A DNA stretch of 64,000 bases, from positions 125,676 through 189,675 of IMG/VR virus record IMGVR_UViG_3300021594_000641. One strand, written 5' to 3'. Of the stretch, positions 31,439 through 40,442 are shown in pieces. The stretch comes from a virus. The notes below the pieces were generated by a model, which ran no database searches, was not told the DNA's origin, and was given only the letters and a program-made list of their open reading frames with translations. A program made the translations under genes and the position numbers. Every line of letters starts with the position of its first letter. The stretch's first letter is position 1.

Positions 31439-32347
31439 TCATAAGTTGGCCTTAGCCCACTCGAACCTCAAATGCCTTGCTAGGTCGGTGGGGTTAGACA
31501 CCCCATCTCGAAGGGTGGTGTTGTTGACAGCCACTATCTGCGGCTGTCTGTTGAAGGGCACAAACTCGAACATGTCGAGCACAGCGCCTCCAGCCTGGAT
31601 AGGCCTCCGGAGGTGGCGAGGAGCTATCCGAATATCGAACAGCTGCACGTCGTCCTCAGAAATCATGGAGTGAGCCTCCATGGTCTCCTCGAAGATTCTC
31701 TTTAGAGTTTCTGGTGGGAGAGCCATGAACTCTTCCTTGCTCCTAGTCTTCCTAGGAACAAGTTCAGCCACAACCGTGCCTGGCTCCGTGGCCACCCCGG
31801 GCTGTACCCATTCCAAGACTTTGGCTTCGGGAGGAAGCTCTAGCACGTCTTGGTTCTCAAATTCAATAAAGATGTTTCCATCTTTAACGATTTGAGAAAT
31901 TTTCCCGCCGGTTGATACGGTGCCAGGGTGAGGCGGGCCGCGCCAACCAGGGGAAGTTGAAGCCATGGCTGTTTCAATAAGCCATGGCTGTGGGAGCGGG
32001 TTAGCCCACTCAAATTGCTTCCCGAAGGAAGCAAGAAGAATAGGTCCTCTAATCTCAGGTGCCATTTTTGGTGGCCTCTGAGAGTACAGGTATCGGAACA
32101 TGACGCCCGCCACGTCTTGTTCCTCTGAGGAAAACCTACAGTTTATAGCTGTAGGGTCCTCGGCCCGCTCGTTGTAGAGAGTCAGCCCCCTGTGGTCAAA
32201 GCAGTATCGGTGTACTGCTAGGACATGCCCATCTGGGCGAGGTCCGCCCTGCCACATGGTCATGAACCTGCCGGTTCCTACCGGCTGGAGGCCTCCCTTG
32301 AAAGGGGCTTTTGGGTGACAGGAGTAAAACACAGAAACCTTCTTCAT
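31439..32347 (-). CDS. GC-rich hypothetical protein with a possible sandwich-barrel hybrid motif (start revised to MKKVSVFY)
   Basis: GGAG RBS; GKISQIVKDGNIFIEFENQDVLELPPEAKVLEWVQPG segment; own terminator. Confidence 0.7.
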   Translation of the reverse strand: MKKVSVFYSCHPKAPFKGGLQPVGTGRFMTMWQGGPRPDGHVLAVHRYCFDHRGLTLYNERAEDPTAINCRFSSEEQDVAGVMFRYLYSQRPPKMAPEIRGPILLASFGKQFEWANPLPQPWLIETAMASTSPGWRGPPHPGTVSTGGKISQIVKDGNIFIEFENQDVLELPPEAKVLEWVQPGVATEPGTVVAELVPRKTRSKEEFMALPPETLKRIFEETMEAHSMISEDDVQLFDIRIAPRHLRRPIQAGGAVLDMFEFVPFNRQPQIVAVNNTTLRDGVSNPTDLARHLRFEWAKANL

Positions 32348-32424
32348 CGCTAGACTCCATTCCAGAATCACCGCTGACCAATAGATGCGGTGCATATGAT
32401 TATGACGTTTTCCTTAACTGTTAT

Positions 32425-32718
32425 TTAACTGTTCAAGTATTCGCCATCATTAACAAAAGACTCTTCTTGATTAAACAAAGGAAAGCGTGACGAGCCGTCT
32501 AAAGAAATAAGATACTTAGCCGGACCTTTAGTTATGTTCCACTTCTCGCCGTAAAACACGCCTCCATACATTCTTTTGTTAGCCTCAAGTAAACGAGTCA
32601 AAGACTCAGCTGCCAGCTGCGCTGAGTCAAACTCTGTAATGCTAGGAGGTTCTCCTTCGTTTACAGCTAACACATAGAATTTAAAGTTGTCTGGATAGTC
32701 GCTGCTTGTGTTACTCAT
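32425..32718 (-). CDS. Hypothetical protein
   Basis: Tightly packed ORF with overlapping start/stop. Confidence 0.65.
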   Translation of the reverse strand: MSNTSSDYPDNFKFYVLAVNEGEPPSITEFDSAQLAAESLTRLLEANKRMYGGVFYGEKWNITKGPAKYLISLDGSSRFPLFNQEESFVNDGEYLNS

Positions 32719-32977
32719 TTTCTGAAGCCTCAGGTTCTACATACAAAACTGTTACAGAAGACGTGATCATCTTTACTGTGTTTTCTTTATCCATCCATTC
32801 CATGTGTATGGATGGCGGAGATGCGTACACTAACTGGTTTGAAGTCTGCTCTACCCAATCGTTTATAAGCTTGTCTACTTCAGTAGTTTTATCTAGCAGG
32901 TCCCAGCCAGTCAGCGAGTTCTCTGAAGTTTTTCGCATAAGTATCTGACCGAAAAAAACTTTGCTCTTAGTTAACAA
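32711..32977 (-). CDS. Hypothetical protein
   Basis: Tightly packed ORF. Confidence 0.6.
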   Translation of the reverse strand: MLTKSKVFFGQILMRKTSENSLTGWDLLDKTTEVDKLINDWVEQTSNQLVYASPPSIHMEWMDKENTVKMITSSVTVLYVEPEASENE

Positions 32978-33659
32978 CTGGCACCATCACTTTCTGCATT
33001 TGAATAGTTTCTTGTTCAGGAGGCGCAAAAGACACGTAAGGGTAAAGGCAAGATTTAATATAAGCCAAGCGCTTTGGCCCCGACACTCCTGAAACGTGTA
33101 TTTTAAATGGAGTAGGGCTTACTGGAAAAGAAAACCCTTCAAAAGACATATCTCCTTGAGCTAACCTTTCCGCGTTTTCACAGTTGATTCCCCAATCTCT
33201 TGGAGGACATGAGCACAGACTAGGATCACTAGACCATTCGTTAGGATCAGGTATATAAGCTGTGTGCATAAAACAAGATAGAACTAGCTGTCTCACTTTA
33301 CAGCAAGCTATAACCCCGTTTAGTAGATTATATATTTCAGGCCAGAATTCTATTTTGCAGCCGTACAAAGTTTTATTCCAAAAATGGTCTAACCCTTTAA
33401 ACAAAGGTCTGTCGTAGATTAAAGCAAACACGGCTTCACTATTGTCTTTCTTAAGCATCCATTCTTCTACAGGGTCCGTTGTCAAATTAGCTTCAGTGAA
33501 TAACAAGCCATGGTTAAAAAAAACAAACTCCGAAGAGAGTTCAGACAGCTTGTGGGCCATCTGAACTCTCTTCACTGGAGGCAGTTTCCTGATCTCTTCG
33601 GCAGAAAGAGTTTCACTTTTGTAAAAGCCTTCCTGCCTTGGAAAATCAGAATGAATCAT
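32967..33659 (-). CDS. Hypothetical protein
   Basis: 230-aa ORF in the operon. Confidence 0.65.
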   Translation of the reverse strand: MIHSDFPRQEGFYKSETLSAEEIRKLPPVKRVQMAHKLSELSSEFVFFNHGLLFTEANLTTDPVEEWMLKKDNSEAVFALIYDRPLFKGLDHFWNKTLYGCKIEFWPEIYNLLNGVIACCKVRQLVLSCFMHTAYIPDPNEWSSDPSLCSCPPRDWGINCENAERLAQGDMSFEGFSFPVSPTPFKIHVSGVSGPKRLAYIKSCLYPYVSFAPPEQETIQMQKVMVPVVN

Positions 33660-34272
33660 CTCTTACTTCCGAAGATGTCATTACGTCTAAACCTGTGGCA
33701 GCGCAGAAGTCTCTAACGGCTTCAGACTGCTTTTTAGTGTTAGACAAATCAACAGTAGACAAGTCTAAACCAAAATACTTGAATATGCCCGACAAAGAAA
33801 TCCTAGACTGCTCGTCAGCAGAAGAAAGGAAAACCCTGGTCGGATCCATGAAAATATTCTTGACCGTGTGATCACCGAAAAGCCAGTAATACACAAAGTC
33901 AATACGCGCTATGTCGGCCTTTGGGCATTCTTTGATGACCTGAGCTGACACAGAACGCATAAAATTCTTGGCGTTAAAACCATAGACCCTTATACGGCTA
34001 TAGTCTAAGTTGCCAATATATTTAACGAAGTCATGAGCAGCGTTTCCACCTGAAAAGTCAAAAGTTTCTCCCATTGAACTGATCATATGTATGTCAGTTA
34101 CAAGACTGGTGATTGGTTTGGAAGAAGCTGTGCTCCTAATTTCGGAATAAGCTTTTTCCAAATACTCTTCTATGACCTTTGGGTCTTTGTAGTTCTTGGG
34201 AGCTTTTGGTGCAGACACGTAGCTCTGGAACTCTGGAGCAGCAACGCTGGTGTAACCGATGTAATAAATCAT
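33646..34272 (-). CDS. PolB-exonuclease-related protein, catalytic motif I apparently lost
   Basis: APKNYKDPKVIEEYLEK...ASSKPITSLV...VYGFNAKNF...D pattern of phage PolB-like 3'-5' exonucleases, but IYYIGYTSV where DxE is expected. Confidence 0.55.
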   Translation of the reverse strand: MIYYIGYTSVAAPEFQSYVSAPKAPKNYKDPKVIEEYLEKAYSEIRSTASSKPITSLVTDIHMISSMGETFDFSGGNAAHDFVKYIGNLDYSRIRVYGFNAKNFMRSVSAQVIKECPKADIARIDFVYYWLFGDHTVKNIFMDPTRVFLSSADEQSRISLSGIFKYFGLDLSTVDLSNTKKQSEAVRDFCAATGLDVMTSSEVRDDSF

Positions 34273-34283
34273 TGGATCCTTCC

Positions 34284-34508
34284 TTAGTCTTGAGAATCTA
34301 CAAACCTAACAGACTCAAAGGGCACTTTGACCTTCAAAGGCCCACTAACGCCTCTGTCGTCCAATAGTGTAAGCAAGGCATACTCCACACCTTCTTCCAC
34401 CACAGGCAAACAGCCGGCATTGAAAAACACTCCCTTTCTTATAACCCTCCCGTCAGGTAACTTGATAATACCCCTAGATTTAAAAACAAAAACTCTGTCA
34501 GTTTTCAT
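34284..34508 (-). CDS. Hypothetical protein
   Basis: 74-aa packed ORF. Confidence 0.6.
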   Translation of the reverse strand: MKTDRVFVFKSRGIIKLPDGRVIRKGVFFNAGCLPVVEEGVEYALLTLLDDRGVSGPLKVKVPFESVRFVDSQD

Positions 34509-34510
34509 TC

Positions 34511-34759
34511 TTAAACCCCAACAGCAAGTTTGCAGACAGCTTCGCTAATAGCGTTGACTGACAAGTCGCAGCTATTCTTTGGAAGGCTCTCCGCTAACTT
34601 GGTTAGATCAAATCTTCCCTCGATCGTGTAAACGATATCGAGGTAGTCCAGGCTGTCTAAGCCCAGAGAGCTCAAAGGCTCGTCATGAGAAATGTTTTTT
34701 AAACCAGTAACCTCCTGTATGCACGCAGACACTTCATTCTTTACATCATCCTGAGACAT
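34511..34759 (-). CDS. acpP: Acyl carrier protein (start revised to MSQDDVK)
   Basis: LGLDSLD phosphopantetheine-attachment motif, IEGRFDL, 82 aa acidic. Confidence 0.8.
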   Translation of the reverse strand: MSQDDVKNEVSACIQEVTGLKNISHDEPLSSLGLDSLDYLDIVYTIEGRFDLTKLAESLPKNSCDLSVNAISEAVCKLAVGV

Positions 34760-34772
34760 GACCACTCCGTGC

Positions 34773-34994
34773 CTATGGGTACTCGCAAACTTGTGACCAT
34801 AGTGTTTCATCCGCCGGGGTCACAGACCAGCGGTTGAGCCCAAGCTTATCTTGCTGGTGCCTTCTTATACTATCTACGACTCTTCTGAGTTCAAGTAGAA
34901 GTGAGTCTATTTCTTTTAAAGTTTCTTTGTCCGCACAATCTTGTTTTTGTTCTACGTACTTGCCTATTATCTTTCTTACGTCTTCATACGCCAT
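34773..34994 (-). CDS. Hypothetical protein
   Basis: 73-aa packed ORF. Confidence 0.6.
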   Translation of the reverse strand: MAYEDVRKIIGKYVEQKQDCADKETLKEIDSLLLELRRVVDSIRRHQQDKLGLNRWSVTPADETLWSQVCEYP

Positions 34995-34997
34995 AGC

Positions 34998-35660
34998 TTA
35001 GTCCTCTGCAGAATCATCCTTAGGTTCAGCGAAACTTAAACCTTTAGCATAATTCTCCAGGGCAAGCAAACAAACAAAAGCAGAGTCGGCAGCGTTATCA
35101 AACCCGGCTGACTCGTAGTTAACCGGATCGTAGTCTGTTTTAAACATTTCATTACAAGCTTTTATCATGTCTGACTTGTTGGCATTTCCTTTTCCCGTGG
35201 CTCTTTTCTTTATTGTGCCTATCGGGAAACTTCCACAAGGAATTCCATTTTCTTCTGCCCAGGTGCATACCGTTGCCTTGAGGGCTCCAAAAAATTCACA
35301 AGAGGTAGCTGCCCTAGCCAGTATAGAGTGCATGTTGAACTTGGTTAACTTTTCAGAAGGCGTGTACTTGACGTCTTCAAAAGCAATTATGTCTGGTTTA
35401 AGAATAGACAAAAATTGCCTTAAACGAACAAATCTGAGCGCGCCGCTGTCATAGGAGCCGGCTGAAAGATCCCACTGACCTATGTGCATTTCTATATTTT
35501 CAGGAGCTACTAGCTGCTTTTCTTTTATGTAACAGTAGCTGTACCCACAGTTAGTGCCTAAGTCTAAACCTAATACTATATTTGTTTTAGGTTCGGCTGG
35601 TGGTTTTATAAAAAATTCTTTAAAAACCCACGGGTCACTACACATGTTGTACTTACGCAC
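34998..35660 (-). CDS. RuvC-like Holliday junction resolvase
   Basis: VLGLDLGT, IAFEDV, IKKRATGKGNANKSDMI, DNAADS. Confidence 0.85.
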   Translation of the reverse strand: MRKYNMCSDPWVFKEFFIKPPAEPKTNIVLGLDLGTNCGYSYCYIKEKQLVAPENIEMHIGQWDLSAGSYDSGALRFVRLRQFLSILKPDIIAFEDVKYTPSEKLTKFNMHSILARAATSCEFFGALKATVCTWAEENGIPCGSFPIGTIKKRATGKGNANKSDMIKACNEMFKTDYDPVNYESAGFDNAADSAFVCLLALENYAKGLSFAEPKDDSAED

Positions 35661-35674
35661 TGGCTGGCTCTTTC

Positions 35675-36424
35675 TTAATTGCGTTCCAATTCCTTATATT
35701 CCTGGAACAAGTAATGAGTCAGTAAACAGTCAAAGTCTGCTTCGTGCGCTTTATTCATGTCCAGGTTATGCTTTTTAGCCAAGTCGTATTTAACCGAGCA
35801 ATGGTTATCCAAAGAGCCTTTTACAGAAGACCCTCCAAGCCTGTAAGCTCTTTTGCAAAAGTCTAACCAAGTCTCTTCGTCCGATATCTCTGGGAAAAGC
35901 TGAACGCTTTTTTCTATGCTCAAAGTGTCCAGGTACTCGTCAGGTTTGAACTTTAAACGCATACCTCCTTCAGATATTTCGCTGAGTATTCTGTCTAACA
36001 TTGGTTGGTCTAATCTTAAACCGTTATGCGCTATAAACTTAAATCCGTTTTTCTTGCATTCATTAACTAAGCTGTGAAATTCTCTAAGAACTTTTTCTGG
36101 GATATCCCCTTGTCTCAACCTGTCTACTGATATTCCGTATACCTTGCCTGTAGCTACACCTTTTTTGTATTCAAACTGATTTTTAGTCCTAGCTATTCTA
36201 TCGGATATCCAGTAATGAAACTCAGGCGGTTGACCCCTTAACCAGTTTAAAGTCCTAGAGCCAGAGTCAACCACCTTGTTGTTTTCAACTACTGCCCAGC
36301 CTATTTGGCCAGGAATGTCTATTGTCAAATCCAGGCCCGTAGTCTCTATGTCAAAAACTAGATAGCTATCTGGAAGCTTACCTAATTTTTCAGAGGCGTA
36401 TTTGAGCCACGAGCCAGGATTCAT
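35675..36424 (-). CDS. DEDDh 3'-5' exonuclease (DnaQ-like)
   Basis: VFDIETTGLD, IAHNGLRLD, DTL, AHEADFD. Confidence 0.9.
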   Translation of the reverse strand: MNPGSWLKYASEKLGKLPDSYLVFDIETTGLDLTIDIPGQIGWAVVENNKVVDSGSRTLNWLRGQPPEFHYWISDRIARTKNQFEYKKGVATGKVYGISVDRLRQGDIPEKVLREFHSLVNECKKNGFKFIAHNGLRLDQPMLDRILSEISEGGMRLKFKPDEYLDTLSIEKSVQLFPEISDEETWLDFCKRAYRLGGSSVKGSLDNHCSVKYDLAKKHNLDMNKAHEADFDCLLTHYLFQEYKELERN

Positions 36425-36436
36425 CGCTTCTCCAAA

Positions 36437-36946
36437 CTATCGTCGCTTGAAAATTTTCCAAGGCCTGACGATGTAATCGTACCAGCGAATCCTAGCTTTG
36501 TTTATAAAAGCTTGCTTTGCTTTAAAGCCCGCTTCAATTATATGCGCGTCGTTAAAAGGAGGATCGTCTGAATCGACGTGGACGTCTCTTATCGCATAGA
36601 AAAAAGCGCCTGTGATGACTTGCCCCATACGCACAAGAATTACGGCTTGATGCGAAGGAGGCAAGTCAAAAAAGCCACAGGCTGCGATAGCTTCTTCTGG
36701 AGACTTGTAACCTTTGTCTCCTTGGTCTAAACAAGCTTTAAAATAATTAGCATATCTCTCAACCAGAACACCAAGGTCATTTTCAGAAATGTTGAACTTT
36801 TCTATTAGCTCTTTAGCTATAGGTTCCGACACTTCATTCTCATAAGCCATCAAAGCAGACTTCATGAGGTTAGGCCAAGCGTAAGCAATGTCCCTACTAG
36901 GGTTGTACCTGCGCCTGTCTACATGACCTTTGATGTTCATACCCAT
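36437..36946 (-). CDS. Hypothetical protein
   Basis: 169-aa packed ORF. Confidence 0.7.
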   Translation of the reverse strand: MGMNIKGHVDRRRYNPSRDIAYAWPNLMKSALMAYENEVSEPIAKELIEKFNISENDLGVLVERYANYFKACLDQGDKGYKSPEEAIAACGFFDLPPSHQAVILVRMGQVITGAFFYAIRDVHVDSDDPPFNDAHIIEAGFKAKQAFINKARIRWYDYIVRPWKIFKRR

Positions 36947-36948
36947 GT

Positions 36949-37650
36949 CTACTGTCCTTTCTCTCCCTCAGGGTTATATCCGTGCTTTTCACGCCAGTTA
37001 CTTATGCTAACAGGAAAAACAGGCTCGGCAAGCTTGAGTAGAGCTTTAGCGTACTGCCGTATTTCCCATTGGGCATCAGAACCTAGCCTAAGTTTAAGGA
37101 AGTGCAATAGAGATCGCAAGTTGCATGAAGCCCACATAGCGCTATACATGCCTACGGGTAAAACAGACCTAGCTAATTCCTTAGCTAGCCCTCCAGCTAT
37201 AAGTTTTTTATAACTTACAACAGACATGACGTAAGAATTTATAATCACATCTGTCAGCTCCTGGTTCTCGAAAGATTCTCCAGAAGCCTGCTTGTTTACC
37301 TTAGCCTGTCTCCTAAGCTCTTTAGGCACATAGCATTCAATGTCTATATCTTTACCGCCTTCCAAATACCTCATGCTCCATTCATTATAAGACCATCCAA
37401 CTCTATGCCTGTGCCACTCCCTAAAAACAAATATGGGAGCTTTTATTTCAAAAGTGAGAATGTTGTGCTCCATGGGTGTTCCATGGTCGTGGTCTGCCAA
37501 ATAAGCTATTAGCTTTTTGTCTCTTTCAGAAACTTCATCAACTCTTTTTGCGTAAGATACTCTAGCTGAGTTTACTACGCTCAAGTCTCCGCCTGTCTTT
37601 TGAATAAGCCTTACTTCTGAAACACCGTCTCCCAAAGGATCAATCGTCAT
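36949..37650 (-). CDS. thyX: Flavin-dependent thymidylate synthase
   Basis: HGTPMEH, RHRVGWSYNEWSMRY, ELARSVLP, NLRSLLHFLKLR, AQWEIR. Confidence 0.95.
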   Translation of the reverse strand: MTIDPLGDGVSEVRLIQKTGGDLSVVNSARVSYAKRVDEVSERDKKLIAYLADHDHGTPMEHNILTFEIKAPIFVFREWHRHRVGWSYNEWSMRYLEGGKDIDIECYVPKELRRQAKVNKQASGESFENQELTDVIINSYVMSVVSYKKLIAGGLAKELARSVLPVGMYSAMWASCNLRSLLHFLKLRLGSDAQWEIRQYAKALLKLAEPVFPVSISNWREKHGYNPEGEKGQ

Positions 37651-38561
37651 AACACTTCCTTTCTTGACATCTCACGTCCTGTTGTGTCTTCGTACCTTAC
37701 GCAGTTTAAACACTTGTCAGAAGAAGAACTTGGGCTAAACAAAGAATCTGAACCGCAATAACCACAAACATCAACAACATAAGTCTCACCGTGTGTTGCC
37801 GCCGAGCACCTGTCCTTTCCCATCCAGCAGTTATAGCAAGGAAGTTTAGCCTCAGGTTGCGATATCGGGCAGTTAAACCCAATACGCTTCCTTAGCTTTA
37901 TTAGGTTTTTATTCCAGTTCTTCATGGCAGAAGACACAACAACTTCAGAAAAAGAAGGCTTGTTGTCTCTAGCCAACTCTGGAGAAAACCACCCCGCAAA
38001 CCTCATCCAGAACAATTCCCTTTCATCTTTAAAAGGAGTTTTCTTGTAAGGAGCAGAAAATCCTAAAGCTTTTGAAATGCCTTTTAGGTACTTAAGCCCC
38101 AAAAACTTTTCAATAGTTTTGCCGGCTGCTGGGCCTGTCAAAACAAATAGAGTGTAAATGCAGCCCCTGTTGCGCGTGTGCCTAGAAGAAGGATTCAACA
38201 AGAAAGGTCTGCAGCTCTTAACTTGGACAACTCCCCATCCTGAGTGCGTCATTGAAATAGTGGAGCACACAGGGACACCTTGTTTCAACAAAGGTATATT
38301 CCCCGCAATCCTCCAAGCTGTTTCACCGACTTCGTTATCCGTAACTAAGCCGCCTTTCAAGTGGCTTATCGAATCAACGATGACTTGGTCCGACAAGCCC
38401 GCAGGTAAACACTTGCGAACTTGTCGGACCAGATCAAAGAACTCCCTAGACGAAGAGTCTTCCTGGAAGTATCCAGAAAAGGCAGCCTTTAGACATTTAG
38501 CTCTGGTAATAGCGTCAGAAATGTCAAAGTAGACTCCTTTAGGAAGCTCTCCTAAACTCAT
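37647..38561 (-). CDS. Hypothetical protein with C-terminal Cys clusters
   Basis: CP...CYNC...C; CGYC...CLNC. Confidence 0.7.
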   Translation of the reverse strand: MSLGELPKGVYFDISDAITRAKCLKAAFSGYFQEDSSSREFFDLVRQVRKCLPAGLSDQVIVDSISHLKGGLVTDNEVGETAWRIAGNIPLLKQGVPVCSTISMTHSGWGVVQVKSCRPFLLNPSSRHTRNRGCIYTLFVLTGPAAGKTIEKFLGLKYLKGISKALGFSAPYKKTPFKDERELFWMRFAGWFSPELARDNKPSFSEVVVSSAMKNWNKNLIKLRKRIGFNCPISQPEAKLPCYNCWMGKDRCSAATHGETYVVDVCGYCGSDSLFSPSSSSDKCLNCVRYEDTTGREMSRKEVL

Positions 38562-38770
38562 CGTTTGGTAGCCGCCTTGGCCTTACTGGCCATCTTAGTA
38601 TTGGTAGACTTGGCGCGAGTCTTTGTAGTCGCCTTGCTTGTTGTAGCTTTAGCCGGCTTAGACTTAGCCTTAGTCTTAGCAGGCATAGTAGCCTTGGCCT
38701 TGCTGGCGCAGACAGGCTTTGTTTTATTGACAATCTTAGTCATAACCGTATCCATCTTAGCATTCTTCAT
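38558..38770 (-). CDS. Histone H1-like Lys/Ala/Thr-rich basic protein
   Basis: PAKTKAKSKPAKATTSKATTKTRAK; only one acidic residue in 70 aa. Confidence 0.65.
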   Translation of the reverse strand: MKNAKMDTVMTKIVNKTKPVCASKAKATMPAKTKAKSKPAKATTSKATTKTRAKSTNTKMASKAKAATKR

Positions 38771-38827
38771 ATTAACCCTTTTCTGATGCCTTCGTTAAAA
38801 ACCTAAATAGCGATAGAAGGCGTAACG

Positions 38828-39547
38828 CTACTTAGTGGTCTGATTTGGAGTAAAGCCTTTTCCTATGGGCCTCTCGGTTTTACTCGCTCCTCTCCTTTGA
38901 GCAGCAGATTCTTTTCCAAAAGAGTCTGCGTTTATAGCCACTCCTTCCTTGGTGTGTCTAAGTTTAAGATCGTTTTGAGCCAGGAGTATGCCCAAAGCCA
39001 CATCTCCACCGCAGTGTTTTAACTCCTTTATAGGCCAATCGTAAGTTCTTAAAACATCGGTTCTAATGCACCACCATCCTCCAGTAGCGAATCTAGGAAA
39101 CTGAGGAATAGGCTTACCTCTATACCAAGGTTGAGTTTCACACCAAGCCCTTTGATCTGCGCCGTACTTTATACCGTAGACAGATCCCAGCATGTCGCAG
39201 CTTTCCATGTCTTTTTCAATACTAGAAAGCCACAAAGGCAAGTTGTCGGCTTTGATGTAGCTGTCATCATCAAACCACATTAGGTAATCAGTTGTTATTG
39301 GTTTGCTGTAAAACAGCTCACGCATCATTGGATACTTAAATATTTGTGGGTTTGCCTCCCTGGTGGTTATTGAATCTCTTCTAGACAATACGTAATTTGA
39401 AGTCTCGTCGCAGACTTCGTTTAAGCCTACGCGAAGTTCTATAAGACCTAGCTCGTTCAACTTGAAAAGAGGTTCCAAGCATCTGCGAGCTAGATCTGGG
39501 TAGTCACCATATAAGAGGGCGCAGACTGTAAACTTAATATCAGCCAT
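38828..39547 (-). CDS. GT-A fold glycosyltransferase (start revised to MADIKF)
   Basis: YLMWFDDDSY, FATGGWW, GGDVALG. Confidence 0.75.
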   Translation of the reverse strand: MADIKFTVCALLYGDYPDLARRCLEPLFKLNELGLIELRVGLNEVCDETSNYVLSRRDSITTREANPQIFKYPMMRELFYSKPITTDYLMWFDDDSYIKADNLPLWLSSIEKDMESCDMLGSVYGIKYGADQRAWCETQPWYRGKPIPQFPRFATGGWWCIRTDVLRTYDWPIKELKHCGGDVALGILLAQNDLKLRHTKEGVAINADSFGKESAAQRRGASKTERPIGKGFTPNQTTK

Positions 39548-40442
39548 CTTTGTTCTTTTCTTTCTTTTCAGATACAAGCCTGTCGTAAGATTGCTTGAAC
39601 TGAGGAATGAATTCTGCGCATTGCCGCTTTATAGTGTCTAGGGTGTCCTGGCACAACGTCAAGCCTTCAAACACTTCTTTCCTAGCTGATTCTCCGCTAG
39701 TGTCTGCCAAGCCTACACAGGCGTTTCCTACCAGCTCGACCATCTTGTCGCTAAACTTGCAAGCTGCCTGGTACAACTTTTTCAAAGTTTTAGGGACATC
39801 CATAGATATTTCTGAGTCGCCTGAAGGCGGATGAGAGACTGACTGAGTTGAAGGCTCAGGCTGGTCTTCTATGTCTTGCTGTGTTTCTATTACTACCACT
39901 CCAGTCGATTCAGATTCTTTTGGAGTGTCTTCAGTAATAAAACTGCTTTCGTCAGGATTGATGGTTATGTTGTTTGAAGCCATCAATTCTTGCAGTTTCC
40001 TTACTGACATCTTTTTTTCTACTGCTTCAGCAATCAAATTTTCTCTAGTCTGATCGTCCACGTGGACTAAAAGATTGAAATGACTCCAGCTCAAGCTGAA
40101 GTCGTTGTCTGAAAAGAATTCCATCAAATCTTGAAACTTAGCTATGTCTTCGTACATCTCGTAGAAAGAACATAGTTTGTAAGCGTAGCTGATACTGATT
40201 TCCAAAGCCTGAGCTAGAGTTGGCACAGCGTTTTTGCCGTAGTCCACTTTCTCTTTACCGTCAAGACTTAAGCCATTCTTTACCAGGTGTATTGTCTTGC
40301 CCCTGGCGCGGTGAAACCTAAGGCTGTTCTTAAAGTGAGTGTTGCTAGCTTCGACTTCGCTGTAGTACACCTCTTTGAGCGGAGTGTTCATCATTGAGAA
40401 AGCTTGTTCCGTGCCTGATACAATTTGAACCTCTGACATCAC
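39540..40442 (-). CDS. DUF1016 N-terminal-like / HTH DNA-binding protein
   Basis: YGKNAV...LSWSHFNLLVHVDDQTRENLIAEAVEKKMSVRKLQ. Confidence 0.6.
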   Translation of the reverse strand: MMSEVQIVSGTEQAFSMMNTPLKEVYYSEVEASNTHFKNSLRFHRARGKTIHLVKNGLSLDGKEKVDYGKNAVPTLAQALEISISYAYKLCSFYEMYEDIAKFQDLMEFFSDNDFSLSWSHFNLLVHVDDQTRENLIAEAVEKKMSVRKLQELMASNNITINPDESSFITEDTPKESESTGVVVIETQQDIEDQPEPSTQSVSHPPSGDSEISMDVPKTLKKLYQAACKFSDKMVELVGNACVGLADTSGESARKEVFEGLTLCQDTLDTIKRQCAEFIPQFKQSYDRLVSEKKEKNKDG

